NCBI GenBank assembly: GCA_964606255.1
Contig: CAZSFS010000002.1
Span: forward strand, 1 to 44,203
Source: an uncultured Candidatus Saccharibacteria bacterium
GTDB taxonomy: Bacteria; Patescibacteriota; Minisyncoccia; Phycocordibacterales; CSBR16-119
Reading direction: 5' to 3'
Length of the DNA stretch: 44,203 nt
Shown here: positions 22,820-30,734 of the stretch, piece after piece
Layout: the number at the start of each line of letters is the position of its first letter
How positions within the stretch are numbered: the stretch's first letter is position 1
Program-made: the position numbers and the translations under genes
Notes under the pieces: generated by a model
What the model saw: only the letters and a program-made list of their open reading frames with translations
The model's database searches: none
Told to the model about the DNA's origin: nothing

Positions 22820-25057
22820 ATGGGGGTGAAATTAAAGAGGATTGAACTTCTCGGGTTTAAGTCGTTTGCCAAAAAAAGCAGACTGGATTTTGACGTGCCG
22901 GTTGTTGGAATCGTCGGGCCAAACGGATCTGGAAAATCAAACGTTGTTGAAGCTTTCCGGTTTGTCCTTGGCGAACAATCAATGAAATCTCTGCGTGGAA
23001 AGTCAGGCTCGGATCTTATATTCAAAGGCTCAAAAGATTTACCAAAAGGCTCACGCGCTTCAGTGGAAATAACTTTTGATAACAAAGATCGCGTTTTTAA
23101 ATTGGGAGAACGTTCCGAGCCAATCAATCTGGATTTCGATGAAATAATTTTAAAACGAGAAGTTTTTGCTGATGGAAATAATATTTACTACATCAACAAT
23201 TCAGCTGTTCGTTTGAAAGACATTGTCGAAATGTTGGCTTCGGTAAATATCGGTGCTTCGGGTCACCATATTATTTCTCAGGGTCAAGCCGACAGGATTC
23301 TCACAAGTTCAGCCAAAGATCGTCGGATCATGATTGAGGATGCTTTAGGTCTCAAAGTTTATCAAAACAAACTCAAAGAATCGCACAAGAAACTTGAAAA
23401 GACCGAAGAGAACATGAAAGAAGTCGGAATGCTTCGTCGTGAACTTGCGCCACATATAAAATATCTCAAGAAACAAGTTGAAAAAGTTGAAAAAAGCGTC
23501 GAGCTTCGAAGTGAACTTTCTAAACTTTATTTAACCTTTTTCAAATCAGAAGAAAAGTTTTTACAAAACGAAGAAGCTTTCCTGAAAAGTAAAAATCACG
23601 ATCGAGAACGCGAACTAAAAGAAATTGAAGTCAAATTAGCTTCGATGAAAGATGTCTCAACAAATGATTTCGAGTCTTCAAAAAATATCGAAATCAGTAA
23701 TTTGGAAAAAGAAATTGTTTCGCTTGAACGAACCAAAGATGATTTATCCAGAAAGCTTGGACGTATCGAAGGTATGATCGAATTTGAGAATCGATCGACA
23801 ACTGATAAACCAGACAGTATTTCAATCAAATCAAGCGACCTCGAGACGTTCATTAGTGAGATGGAAAACACTCTCGAAAGATCTTTGGCGGATTCAAACC
23901 TCGAAGTTATAAAATCAAATCTCAAGTATTTGAGAAAAGCTATAACGGACTTTGGCCAGAGATTTAAACAAAATAAAGCTGAAAACAAACCAAACTCTTT
24001 CAAGGATCTAGAAGTTACAAAGCGTGAAGTCACGGCTCAGCTAGAAGAAATTGAAAGAGTAAGAAAAGTTCATTTGGAAAAAATGAATTCTTTGCGTTCT
24101 TCGATTGAGTCAAATAGAGTGACGATGTTCAAAGACCAAGAAGAAAAATTTGCTCTTGAAAATAAAAAGAACAAGATTTTGGCCGAAGAAGAAATTCTCC
24201 AAAACCGAAATGAATTTTTCAAAAAGCGAAAAGCTTCTTTTGAAGAAGGAGTCAAAGAAGCTGTCGTTTTGGTTGGTCAAGAAATTTTACAATTTCGAAC
24301 AAGTGATATTTCGATTGTCGAAGTCACTGACGAGATGCGTCACAACATTGAGCGTCTCAAAATCAAACTCGAAGACGCGGGTACTGGCTCTGGCGATGAC
24401 GTAATGAAAGAATATCAAAGTATTACAGAACGAGATAATTTCTTGGTCAAAGAGCTCGAAGATTTAGAAAAAAGTATTTCCAATTTACGTACACTTATTG
24501 ACGATCTTAAAGAAACTCTGGACAGAGAATTCAAAGAAGGCATGGAGAAAATCAATGCTCGTTTTGAGGAATTTTTCAAACTTATGTTTGGTGGTGGCGC
24601 AGCTTATCTGTCTAGCATTGTTCAGGGATCAAAGAAAAATGATTCGGAAGAAGACGATGAGTCTGGAGAAAGTTCGGATGCGGACGGGGAAGAGAGACTT
24701 GATTATGGTATTGAGATTAACGTGACTTTGCCACAAAAGAAGGTGAAAGACCTGGCCATGCTTTCTGGTGGCGAACGCTCACTTACTTCTATCGCGCTTG
24801 TCTTTGCCGTGACTCAAGTTAACCCGCCGCCATTTTTGGTTCTCGATGAAACGGATGCGGCACTCGACGAAGCAAATTCCAAACGTTATGGAGACATGAT
24901 CGAAATTCTTTCGAAGTATTCTTCGCTTATTACTGTTACGCACAATCGCGAAACTATGTCTCGTGCGGACGTTATCTACGGAGTCACCATTGGTGCCGAC
25001 GGTGGATCGAAACTTCTCTCAATTAAATTCTCCGACGCCGAAAATTACGCTAAATAA
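22820..25057 (+). CDS. smc: SMC-family ATPase, unusually short (745 aa) with no recognisable hinge
   Basis: The N-terminal head shows 'RIELLGFKSF...GPNGSGKSNVVEAFRFVLGEQSMKSLRG'. The C-terminal head shows 'LSGGERSLTSIALVFA' and 'FLVLDETDAALDEAN'. The middle is coiled-coil-like, contains no Cys and no Gly-rich hinge motif. Confidence 0.8.
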   Translation: MGVKLKRIELLGFKSFAKKSRLDFDVPVVGIVGPNGSGKSNVVEAFRFVLGEQSMKSLRGKSGSDLIFKGSKDLPKGSRASVEITFDNKDRVFKLGERSEPINLDFDEIILKREVFADGNNIYYINNSAVRLKDIVEMLASVNIGASGHHIISQGQADRILTSSAKDRRIMIEDALGLKVYQNKLKESHKKLEKTEENMKEVGMLRRELAPHIKYLKKQVEKVEKSVELRSELSKLYLTFFKSEEKFLQNEEAFLKSKNHDRERELKEIEVKLASMKDVSTNDFESSKNIEISNLEKEIVSLERTKDDLSRKLGRIEGMIEFENRSTTDKPDSISIKSSDLETFISEMENTLERSLADSNLEVIKSNLKYLRKAITDFGQRFKQNKAENKPNSFKDLEVTKREVTAQLEEIERVRKVHLEKMNSLRSSIESNRVTMFKDQEEKFALENKKNKILAEEEILQNRNEFFKKRKASFEEGVKEAVVLVGQEILQFRTSDISIVEVTDEMRHNIERLKIKLEDAGTGSGDDVMKEYQSITERDNFLVKELEDLEKSISNLRTLIDDLKETLDREFKEGMEKINARFEEFFKLMFGGGAAYLSSIVQGSKKNDSEEDDESGESSDADGEERLDYGIEINVTLPQKKVKDLAMLSGGERSLTSIALVFAVTQVNPPPFLVLDETDAALDEANSKRYGDMIEILSKYSSLITVTHNRETMSRADVIYGVTIGADGGSKLLSIKFSDAENYAK

Positions 25058-25088
25058 AAAAGAGAACGCCCCCGAGGAGGGGGCGTTC
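25057..25088. terminator. Terminator hairpin between smc (+) and the basic-protein gene (-); the T-run is on the minus strand
   Basis: The hairpin is GAACGCCCCC-GAGGA-GGGGGCGTTC, flanked by AAAAAAGA on the plus strand. Confidence 0.65.
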
Positions 25089-25106
25089 GGACGTCGCCAG
25101 GCGACA

Positions 25107-25427
25107 TCACTTCTTTTTGTTTGATCCGCGACGGCGACGTTTCTTTGGCACCAGACTCGAAAGTGCCTTCATGAACTCGTCAGTTAGTTTGAGGCCCTTC
25201 ACCGGCACGCAAACGTAGCCTGGGGTTTGGTTGGAGGCGTTCTTTGATGTAGACACCTTGCTCAGAGCCTCCATGGTCTTAGGGAACTCTTCCTCCGGCA
25301 ATTCATTCAGAACCGCGAAGACCATCTTAACCCCACGAATGCTCTTGTAACCCGGAGGTATACGGAGCATTCGACGACGTTGACGACGCTTCTTTGGCTC
25401 ATCGGTCAGTATTGCTTTCTTGGCCAT
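25107..25427 (-). CDS. Hypothetical basic protein (106 aa) with Arg/Lys-rich termini
   Basis: The translation runs MAKKAILTDEPKKRRQRRRMLRIPPGY...SLVPKKRRRRGSNKKK. It is GC-richer than its surroundings. An AGGTG lies a few nt upstream of the ATG. I recognise no family. Confidence 0.5.
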   Translation of the reverse strand: MAKKAILTDEPKKRRQRRRMLRIPPGYKSIRGVKMVFAVLNELPEEEFPKTMEALSKVSTSKNASNQTPGYVCVPVKGLKLTDEFMKALSSLVPKKRRRRGSNKKK

Positions 25428-25492
25428 TTTCACCTGTTTTAGGGTTCACAGTGAACCGTAGCATTTATTTAAGTATTTGTCAAGTTATATTA

Positions 25493-27988
25493 TTACAACC
25501 CCTTAAGATACTCCTGAATTGTCATTTTGTTTGTACGGATTTCTTTGGCAGCTTCGACTCCGAGATATCGCCAATGCCATGGTTCGAAAATGTAACCAGT
25601 ATCGCGACCAGACGGATAACTCATGACGAATCCATATTTGTAGGCATTTTCCGAAAGCCATTTGTAAGCGGCGGTTTCTTTGAAATTGGCGCTTGCAGAA
25701 TCTCCATCGATTTCTGGGGCCGTAAGATCGATTGTTGTGCCAAGTTGATGCTCAGAGTGACCCGGTTTGGCAATCGATTCTTTGTCGACATCTTGGGCTC
25801 GTCCAGCATATAGAACTTCTTGAATTTCAAAACTTCTGAAAGCCGAAGTCACTTCCAAATCCACCTCTGCGTTCTTGGCATCTGTTACAAGCTTCTGTAG
25901 AGCTACAGCTGCTTCTTCTGTTAGGCACAAATTTCTTGATTCTTTGGTTTTGATTTGGTCTTTGATTTCAACCAAACTCTCAGGTATGTATTTATTCACA
26001 GAAGTTTCAGCGTTTACGTTTGTAAACATTTCATCAAATTCAGAATTACCAACAGGGCAAGATCCACGCTCAAACGGGAGAGCTCTAGAAGTTTCATTTT
26101 GTTTGCCATCTAGAAGAGGTTGATATTTTTCATTAAGTCGGAAGGCCGTTTCTTCGTGACTCTTCACGCCGTCTTTGGTCACGACAACTTCGGAATACAA
26201 TCCACCCATTGTGTCGTGCGAAAACGCTTGGTCAAAAACGAAGTTACCAAGAGAGTAGATAATGAGACCTTCTTTGTAACTTTCAACGTCTTGAGGTACG
26301 TGTGGGTGATGACCGGCGATGATGTCGGCACCGTTATCAATCATTTTTTTTGCCAAAGTTTCCTGACGTTTGTTGTGTGGTTTATATTCATCGCCCCAGT
26401 GAATCGAAACGACAAGAACGTCTACAGAAGCTTTTGCGTTTCTGATGATGGCGTCGAGATTTTTGTCGTTCGCCAAAAGGATTCCAGGCTTTGTTTCAGT
26501 TGCTTTCATGAATTCTGGTCCAACATCGGACATGGCAATATAGCCAATGCGAATACCGTTACGTTCAATAATCGTTGTCTTTGTGGCTTCGGTGTAATCA
26601 GCTCCAGCCCCGGTGAACAAAATATTTTCTTCTTTGAGTCGACCGATTGTGTCTAAAAATGCAGCATTCGAATAATCTCCAACGTGATTGTTAGCAAAAG
26701 ACAAAATATCAAAACCAGCATCTTTTAGAACCGTAGTCACAGAGGGGTCCATACGAAAAGAATAGATACTTCCGACTTTTGTGCCCTTATCAGAAATCGG
26801 ACCTTCAAGATTTCCGAACATAATATCTGGATTCTTTAGAGCGGGAGCCTCGGCTAGAATTTTTTTATAGTCACCACCGAAATTTTTGATCACAGAAGTT
26901 TTAACGCCTCGATCCATCATAATATCGCCAACAAATCCAAGCGTAACTTCGGAATCATTTTGAAGAGCTTTGTCTTCATAAGCGAAGTAAACATTAGTTT
27001 TTATGTAATCCAAAATGCGATTGATGTCAGTTGTACGATCATCACTTTTTAAAAGTACAATAGCGATGTTTCTGGTTTTTCCGTCAGAAAGTGGTGCCGA
27101 AAAAATAAAGACGCCGGTTCGATGAGCGGCATCGGTATAGCCAGTTTTCCCGCCGAGGTAATCATCACGGCGAGTAAATTGATTTGAATTCCCCCAAGTT
27201 CTGCCGGCGCCACTATATCGATCGAGCGTGGTGATATTAAAAACAGTTTTGTGTTTAGTGAAAAGATAGTTTGCCAGACGGAAAAGATCTCGAGATGTCG
27301 AATAATTTTTTGACGACAGTCCACTCGGATCGTTGTAGTTGGTATTGGTCATGCCGATTTCACGAGCGTTGGCATTCATAAGCGACATGAATCTTTCGCG
27401 ACCGCCGTGCTCAGCCAAAATCTCCGATGCGTCATTTGATGAAACCAATAGAAGGGGGTAAAGCAAGTCAGATATTTTTACTTTCTCTCCTGGAGAAAAG
27501 CCACTTTGACCAAGAGTTTCGATAGCTTTTCGAGAAACTTTAGCTGTATCTGATTGATCCAAATCTTCGAGTGTCGTAAGTGCTGTCATGAGTTTGGTGA
27601 CTGAGGCGATAGGTGAGACGGTTTCTCCATTTTTTTCAATAATTATTTCTCCAGTATCGGCATCTCCCACAACGTAGGCCATAGCGCCGACGCGCGGTAG
27701 CAAATCAGTGTCTTTCAAATGATATGTTTCTTTTGGGGCGTAAAGAATGGAATCGAAGTTTAAGCTATCAGCGGCGTTGGCGGCACGATTGGCGGCTCGC
27801 GCAGAAATATTTTCGATGTAAGCCAAAATTTTATTGCTCCAATTTTCACCCGATGAAATTTCTTTTTTCTCAATTTCAATACTACTCACGGCGTGCACAA
27901 CAAGAGCTGAAAAAGCCACTCCGATGCTTATTGCAACAAGGCTCCAGATCATTATTTTTATTCCAGTTTTATTTTTTGTCGGTTCCAT
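25493..27988 (-). CDS. Membrane-anchored triple-fusion cell-wall enzyme: S11 (PBP5-type) DD-carboxypeptidase + CapA-type metallophosphatase + M15B (VanY-type) D-Ala-D-Ala carboxypeptidase
   Basis: S11 motifs: 'SVTK' (SxxK), 'SSND' (SxN), 'GKTGYT' (KTG). CapA motifs: 'GDIMMDRG', 'FGNLEGP', 'ANNHVGDY', 'HWGDEY', 'GHHPHV', 'YSLGNF'. VanY motifs: 'SAFRSFEIQ', 'SEHQLGTTIDL', 'EPWHWRYLG'. The start could instead be 27952, which avoids the 20-nt overlap with rnr. Confidence 0.8.
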   Translation of the reverse strand: MEPTKNKTGIKIMIWSLVAISIGVAFSALVVHAVSSIEIEKKEISSGENWSNKILAYIENISARAANRAANAADSLNFDSILYAPKETYHLKDTDLLPRVGAMAYVVGDADTGEIIIEKNGETVSPIASVTKLMTALTTLEDLDQSDTAKVSRKAIETLGQSGFSPGEKVKISDLLYPLLLVSSNDASEILAEHGGRERFMSLMNANAREIGMTNTNYNDPSGLSSKNYSTSRDLFRLANYLFTKHKTVFNITTLDRYSGAGRTWGNSNQFTRRDDYLGGKTGYTDAAHRTGVFIFSAPLSDGKTRNIAIVLLKSDDRTTDINRILDYIKTNVYFAYEDKALQNDSEVTLGFVGDIMMDRGVKTSVIKNFGGDYKKILAEAPALKNPDIMFGNLEGPISDKGTKVGSIYSFRMDPSVTTVLKDAGFDILSFANNHVGDYSNAAFLDTIGRLKEENILFTGAGADYTEATKTTIIERNGIRIGYIAMSDVGPEFMKATETKPGILLANDKNLDAIIRNAKASVDVLVVSIHWGDEYKPHNKRQETLAKKMIDNGADIIAGHHPHVPQDVESYKEGLIIYSLGNFVFDQAFSHDTMGGLYSEVVVTKDGVKSHEETAFRLNEKYQPLLDGKQNETSRALPFERGSCPVGNSEFDEMFTNVNAETSVNKYIPESLVEIKDQIKTKESRNLCLTEEAAVALQKLVTDAKNAEVDLEVTSAFRSFEIQEVLYAGRAQDVDKESIAKPGHSEHQLGTTIDLTAPEIDGDSASANFKETAAYKWLSENAYKYGFVMSYPSGRDTGYIFEPWHWRYLGVEAAKEIRTNKMTIQEYLKGL

Positions 27989-29957
27989 TTATATTAGTTT
28001 TTTCCGGAGCCAAAACATAATCTATCTGTTGGCGCTCTAGATCAACAGATTTTACTATTACTTTTAAATTATCTCCGATTCTAATTATTTTACCCGATTT
28101 TTTACCGACAAGCATCATTTTTCTTTCGTCATATTGGTAAATGTCGTCTGTGATGTCGCGTAAACGGATCAAGCCGTCAGATTTTGTGGTTTTTTCAGAA
28201 GCATACATGCCGAATTCGGTAATGCTCGTAACAATAGCATCGAAAGTTTCTCCGATTCTCTCAGACATATATTCAAGTTGTTTCCATTTAACGCTAGCGC
28301 GCTCGGCTTCGGCCGCTTCGACTTCACGCATTGAACAATGCTCAGACATTTTCTGGTATTTGGCCATATGATCGCGCGGAATTTTCACCCCATTTAGATA
28401 TTCCATCAAAAGTCGGTGAGCAATGATGTCTGGGTAGCGTCTGATCGGCGAAGTAAAGTGTGTATAGAACTCAAAAGCTAATCCGTAGTGTCCCAAGTTT
28501 TTGGTCGAGTAAATGGCTTTTGACATCGAGCGAATCACAGTCGTTTGGATAGTGTCGCGTTCAGCGCGTCCTTCGAGATCACGAAAGAGACGATTGAGTT
28601 CGTGCGCTTTGACTACACCCTTGTTTTCGTTTAGATCAAATCCAAGAAGTTTTAAATACTCTTTCAACATCTTTATTTTTTCTTTATCCGGTTGGTCGTG
28701 GATGCGATAGATGAAAACTCGGTCGCGGCCCTCTTTGTCTTTGCCTCCATATTTAGCCACGCGACGATTGGCTAGAAGCATGAATTCTTCAATGAGTTTG
28801 TTTGTGTCGCCACGAACTTTTATGTAAACCGAAATTGGTTTACCCATTTCGTCGAGTTGGAATTTCACCTCATCGGTTTCCATAAGGATCGCGCCGGCCT
28901 TTATCCTTTCTTTGTTTAAGACTTTGGCGATTTTATTTAAAGTATCGAGTTCATAGAAAAATTCTCCCGCCCCATCGTCTAGGACTTTCTGAGCGTTTTC
29001 GTAAGTAAATCTTTTGTTCGAATTTATAATCGTTTTACCGAACCATTCTTTGAGAACTTTTCCATGTGCGTCGATTTCGAAAACAGCACTCATCGCAAGC
29101 TTGTCTTCGTTCGGATTTAGACTACACAAATCATTTGAGAGAATTTCTGGAAGCATCGGAATTGTTCGATCGACGAGATAAACAGATGTGGCACGTTCAA
29201 GGGCTTCACGATCGAGCTCGGTTCCGGGGATTACGTAATGACTGACGTCGGCAATGTGAATACCAATTTCAAATCGGTTGTCGGAAATTTTTCGGAAGGA
29301 AAGAGCGTCGTCGAAATCTTTGGCGTCTTCGGGATCAATAGTGAATGTTGTGATATCGCGCATATCACGACGTCTTTTTATTTCTGCATCAGAAAGAGGT
29401 GTGTGTTTTATTTTCTCCGCTTCGCGCTCAACTTCTTTTGGGAATTCACTTTCGAATCCACGTTCCAAAATAATGCCTTGCATCTCGGCCTCATGTTCAC
29501 CTGCGCGACCAAGTACTCTTTCAACTCGACCAAGTGGTGTTGTGCGCATATTTTCCCACTTGACCAACATGACGAAAATTTTATCGCCTACTTTTGCTTC
29601 ACCTATGAATTTTTTAGGGATTGAAATTTGAGTGTACATTCTTGGGTCGGTTGCTTTGAGAACCAATTCGTGACCGGATTTTACAAGTTCACCAGCGTAG
29701 CCACGTTTCCCACGTTTGATTATCTGCAAAACTTTGGCGCGTGGTGCACCGTCTCGGGTTTTACCACCGATTATCGAAACTTTGACTGTATCGCCATGGA
29801 GTGCTGTGCCGAGGTCGTCAAAACTAACTTCAGCATCAACGCTTTTTGGATATTTGGGAGTTATCGGTAGACGAAAATAGCCAGTTCCGCGCTGGCTAAC
29901 CCGAATCGTGCCTGTAATGGTTGTCGGGCGAGGAGAATCTTTGGCTTTTTTATGCAT
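27969..29957 (-). CDS. rnr: Ribonuclease R
   Basis: The RNB catalytic domain shows 'DPEDAKDFDDALS', 'YLVDRTIPMLPE' and 'HYGLAFEFYTHFTSPIRRYPD'. A C-terminal S1 domain and N-terminal cold-shock-like domains are present. Confidence 0.9.
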   Translation of the reverse strand: MHKKAKDSPRPTTITGTIRVSQRGTGYFRLPITPKYPKSVDAEVSFDDLGTALHGDTVKVSIIGGKTRDGAPRAKVLQIIKRGKRGYAGELVKSGHELVLKATDPRMYTQISIPKKFIGEAKVGDKIFVMLVKWENMRTTPLGRVERVLGRAGEHEAEMQGIILERGFESEFPKEVEREAEKIKHTPLSDAEIKRRRDMRDITTFTIDPEDAKDFDDALSFRKISDNRFEIGIHIADVSHYVIPGTELDREALERATSVYLVDRTIPMLPEILSNDLCSLNPNEDKLAMSAVFEIDAHGKVLKEWFGKTIINSNKRFTYENAQKVLDDGAGEFFYELDTLNKIAKVLNKERIKAGAILMETDEVKFQLDEMGKPISVYIKVRGDTNKLIEEFMLLANRRVAKYGGKDKEGRDRVFIYRIHDQPDKEKIKMLKEYLKLLGFDLNENKGVVKAHELNRLFRDLEGRAERDTIQTTVIRSMSKAIYSTKNLGHYGLAFEFYTHFTSPIRRYPDIIAHRLLMEYLNGVKIPRDHMAKYQKMSEHCSMREVEAAEAERASVKWKQLEYMSERIGETFDAIVTSITEFGMYASEKTTKSDGLIRLRDITDDIYQYDERKMMLVGKKSGKIIRIGDNLKVIVKSVDLERQQIDYVLAPEKTNINGTDKK

Positions 29958-29963
29958 GGAACA

Positions 29964-29972
29964 ATATTAACA
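29964..29972 (-). promoter_or_regulatory. Extended -10 box (TGtTAATAT) 6 nt upstream of the rnr ATG
   Basis: The minus strand reads TGTTAATAT-tgttcc-ATG(29957). Confidence 0.5.
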
Positions 29973-29998
29973 TACGTGTGTTGTTCTATATATGGGTG

Positions 29999-30007
29999 TG
30001 GTAAAAT
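29999..30007 (+). promoter_or_regulatory. Extended -10 box (TGgTAAAAT) firing into the GC-rich 30.01-30.31 kb region
   Basis: TGGTAAAAT lies at 29999-30007, divergent from the rnr promoter. No start codon follows at 6-7 nt; the first ATG is at 30027. Confidence 0.4.
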
Positions 30008-30026
30008 AGAAACAAATCTTCTCAGG

Positions 30027-30260
30027 ATGCGTTACGACCTCCAACGTGGATTCACGAGTTTCGTGGCACCGAGTCGAATGCGAAAGCTTCGTAAGGAAGC
30101 CAAAGCGGAACAGGCGATTATTCCGAGAGATCCGATTTTACGCGTAGTGTCCTTGTCGAAAGTGCGAAAACCAAATCGGCACAAAAGGCAGGATAGCGAA
30201 GCGCTCGAGATCTTCCGTCGTAAGGTCGCCGAAAGCAAGGCTCGTAAAAGGGCCGCCTAG
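30027..30260 (+). other. GC-rich transcribed region: either a 77-aa highly basic small protein or a structured ncRNA (unresolved)
   Basis: The ORF reads MRYDLQRGFTSFVAPSRMRKLRKEAKAEQAIIPRDPILRVVSLSKVRKPNRHKRQDSEALEIFRRKVAESKARKRAA. By hand count the region is ~53% G+C, against ~40% around it. It contains several short hairpins and is followed by an 8-bp all-GC hairpin at 30279-30306. Confidence 0.3.
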
Positions 30261-30314
30261 TTCACCTCTTGTATAATCGGGCCCCGTTGACTTGTCAGCG
30301 GGGCCCTCAACCGT

Positions 30315-30343
30315 TTGACACCCCCTCATAATCTTGCTAATAT
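30315..30343 (+). promoter_or_regulatory. Consensus promoter of rpsP (TTGACA-17-TAATAT), with the -10 ending 7 nt before the ATG
   Basis: TTGACA is at 30315-30320 and TAATAT at 30338-30343; the ATG is at 30351. Confidence 0.65.
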
Positions 30344-30350
30344 CCATCAC

Positions 30351-30653
30351 ATGTTAAAAATCAGATTACAAAGAACAGGCCGCACGAACACGTCATCTTT
30401 TCGCGTGGTTTTGACCGAATCTACCAATTCTGCTAAAAGCGGTCGTTTCAAGGAAATTCTTGGAAACTACGATCCAAAAGCCGGAAAAATCGAGTTCAAA
30501 ACTGACCGTGTAAAGCATTGGCTTAAAATGGGCGCCCAGCCTTCTGGCACAATCCATAACTTTTTCGTTGATCAAAAAATCATCGACGCCAAGAAAATAA
30601 ACGTTATGCCAAAGAAGACGAAGCAGGCGAAGAAAGAAGTTGCTGCTGCGTAA
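30351..30653 (+). CDS. rpsP: 30S ribosomal protein S16
   Basis: 'MLKIRLQRTGRTNTSSFRVVLTES...GRFKEILGNYDP' is the canonical S16 N-terminus. Confidence 0.92.
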   Translation: MLKIRLQRTGRTNTSSFRVVLTESTNSAKSGRFKEILGNYDPKAGKIEFKTDRVKHWLKMGAQPSGTIHNFFVDQKIIDAKKINVMPKKTKQAKKEVAAA

Positions 30654-30734
30654 AATAAGTTGTAGAATTGAGTAAGCAGATTTTCTTAGTCGAAGACTGC
30701 GTTCATTAAAAAGTATTTAATCAGCAAAGATAAT

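Noticed and set aside
22820-22828. The GTG at 22826 might be the true smc start rather than the ATG at 22820.
   Set aside because: This is not resolved rather than rejected. GTG gives the family-typical N-terminus and the usual 6-nt spacing from the -10 box, but leaderless initiation normally prefers AUG. I kept the ATG coordinate and flagged the ambiguity.
26120-26656. A 178-aa plus-strand ORF lies inside the CapA domain region.
   Set aside because: It is antisense to a frame carrying every CapA signature motif and has no independent signals.
30086-30100. An SRP-RNA-like motif, GCTTC-GTAA-GGAAGC (a GNAR-type loop followed by GGAAGC), lies in the GC-rich region.
   Set aside because: The flanking strands do not form the helix 8 symmetric/asymmetric loop pairing. 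The conserved AGCAG is replaced by AGCCA, and the 5' strand is better used in a competing GCGAAAGC hairpin. I also found no tmRNA ends (GGGG...CTCCACCA) and no RNase P CR-I/CR-IV motifs on either strand.
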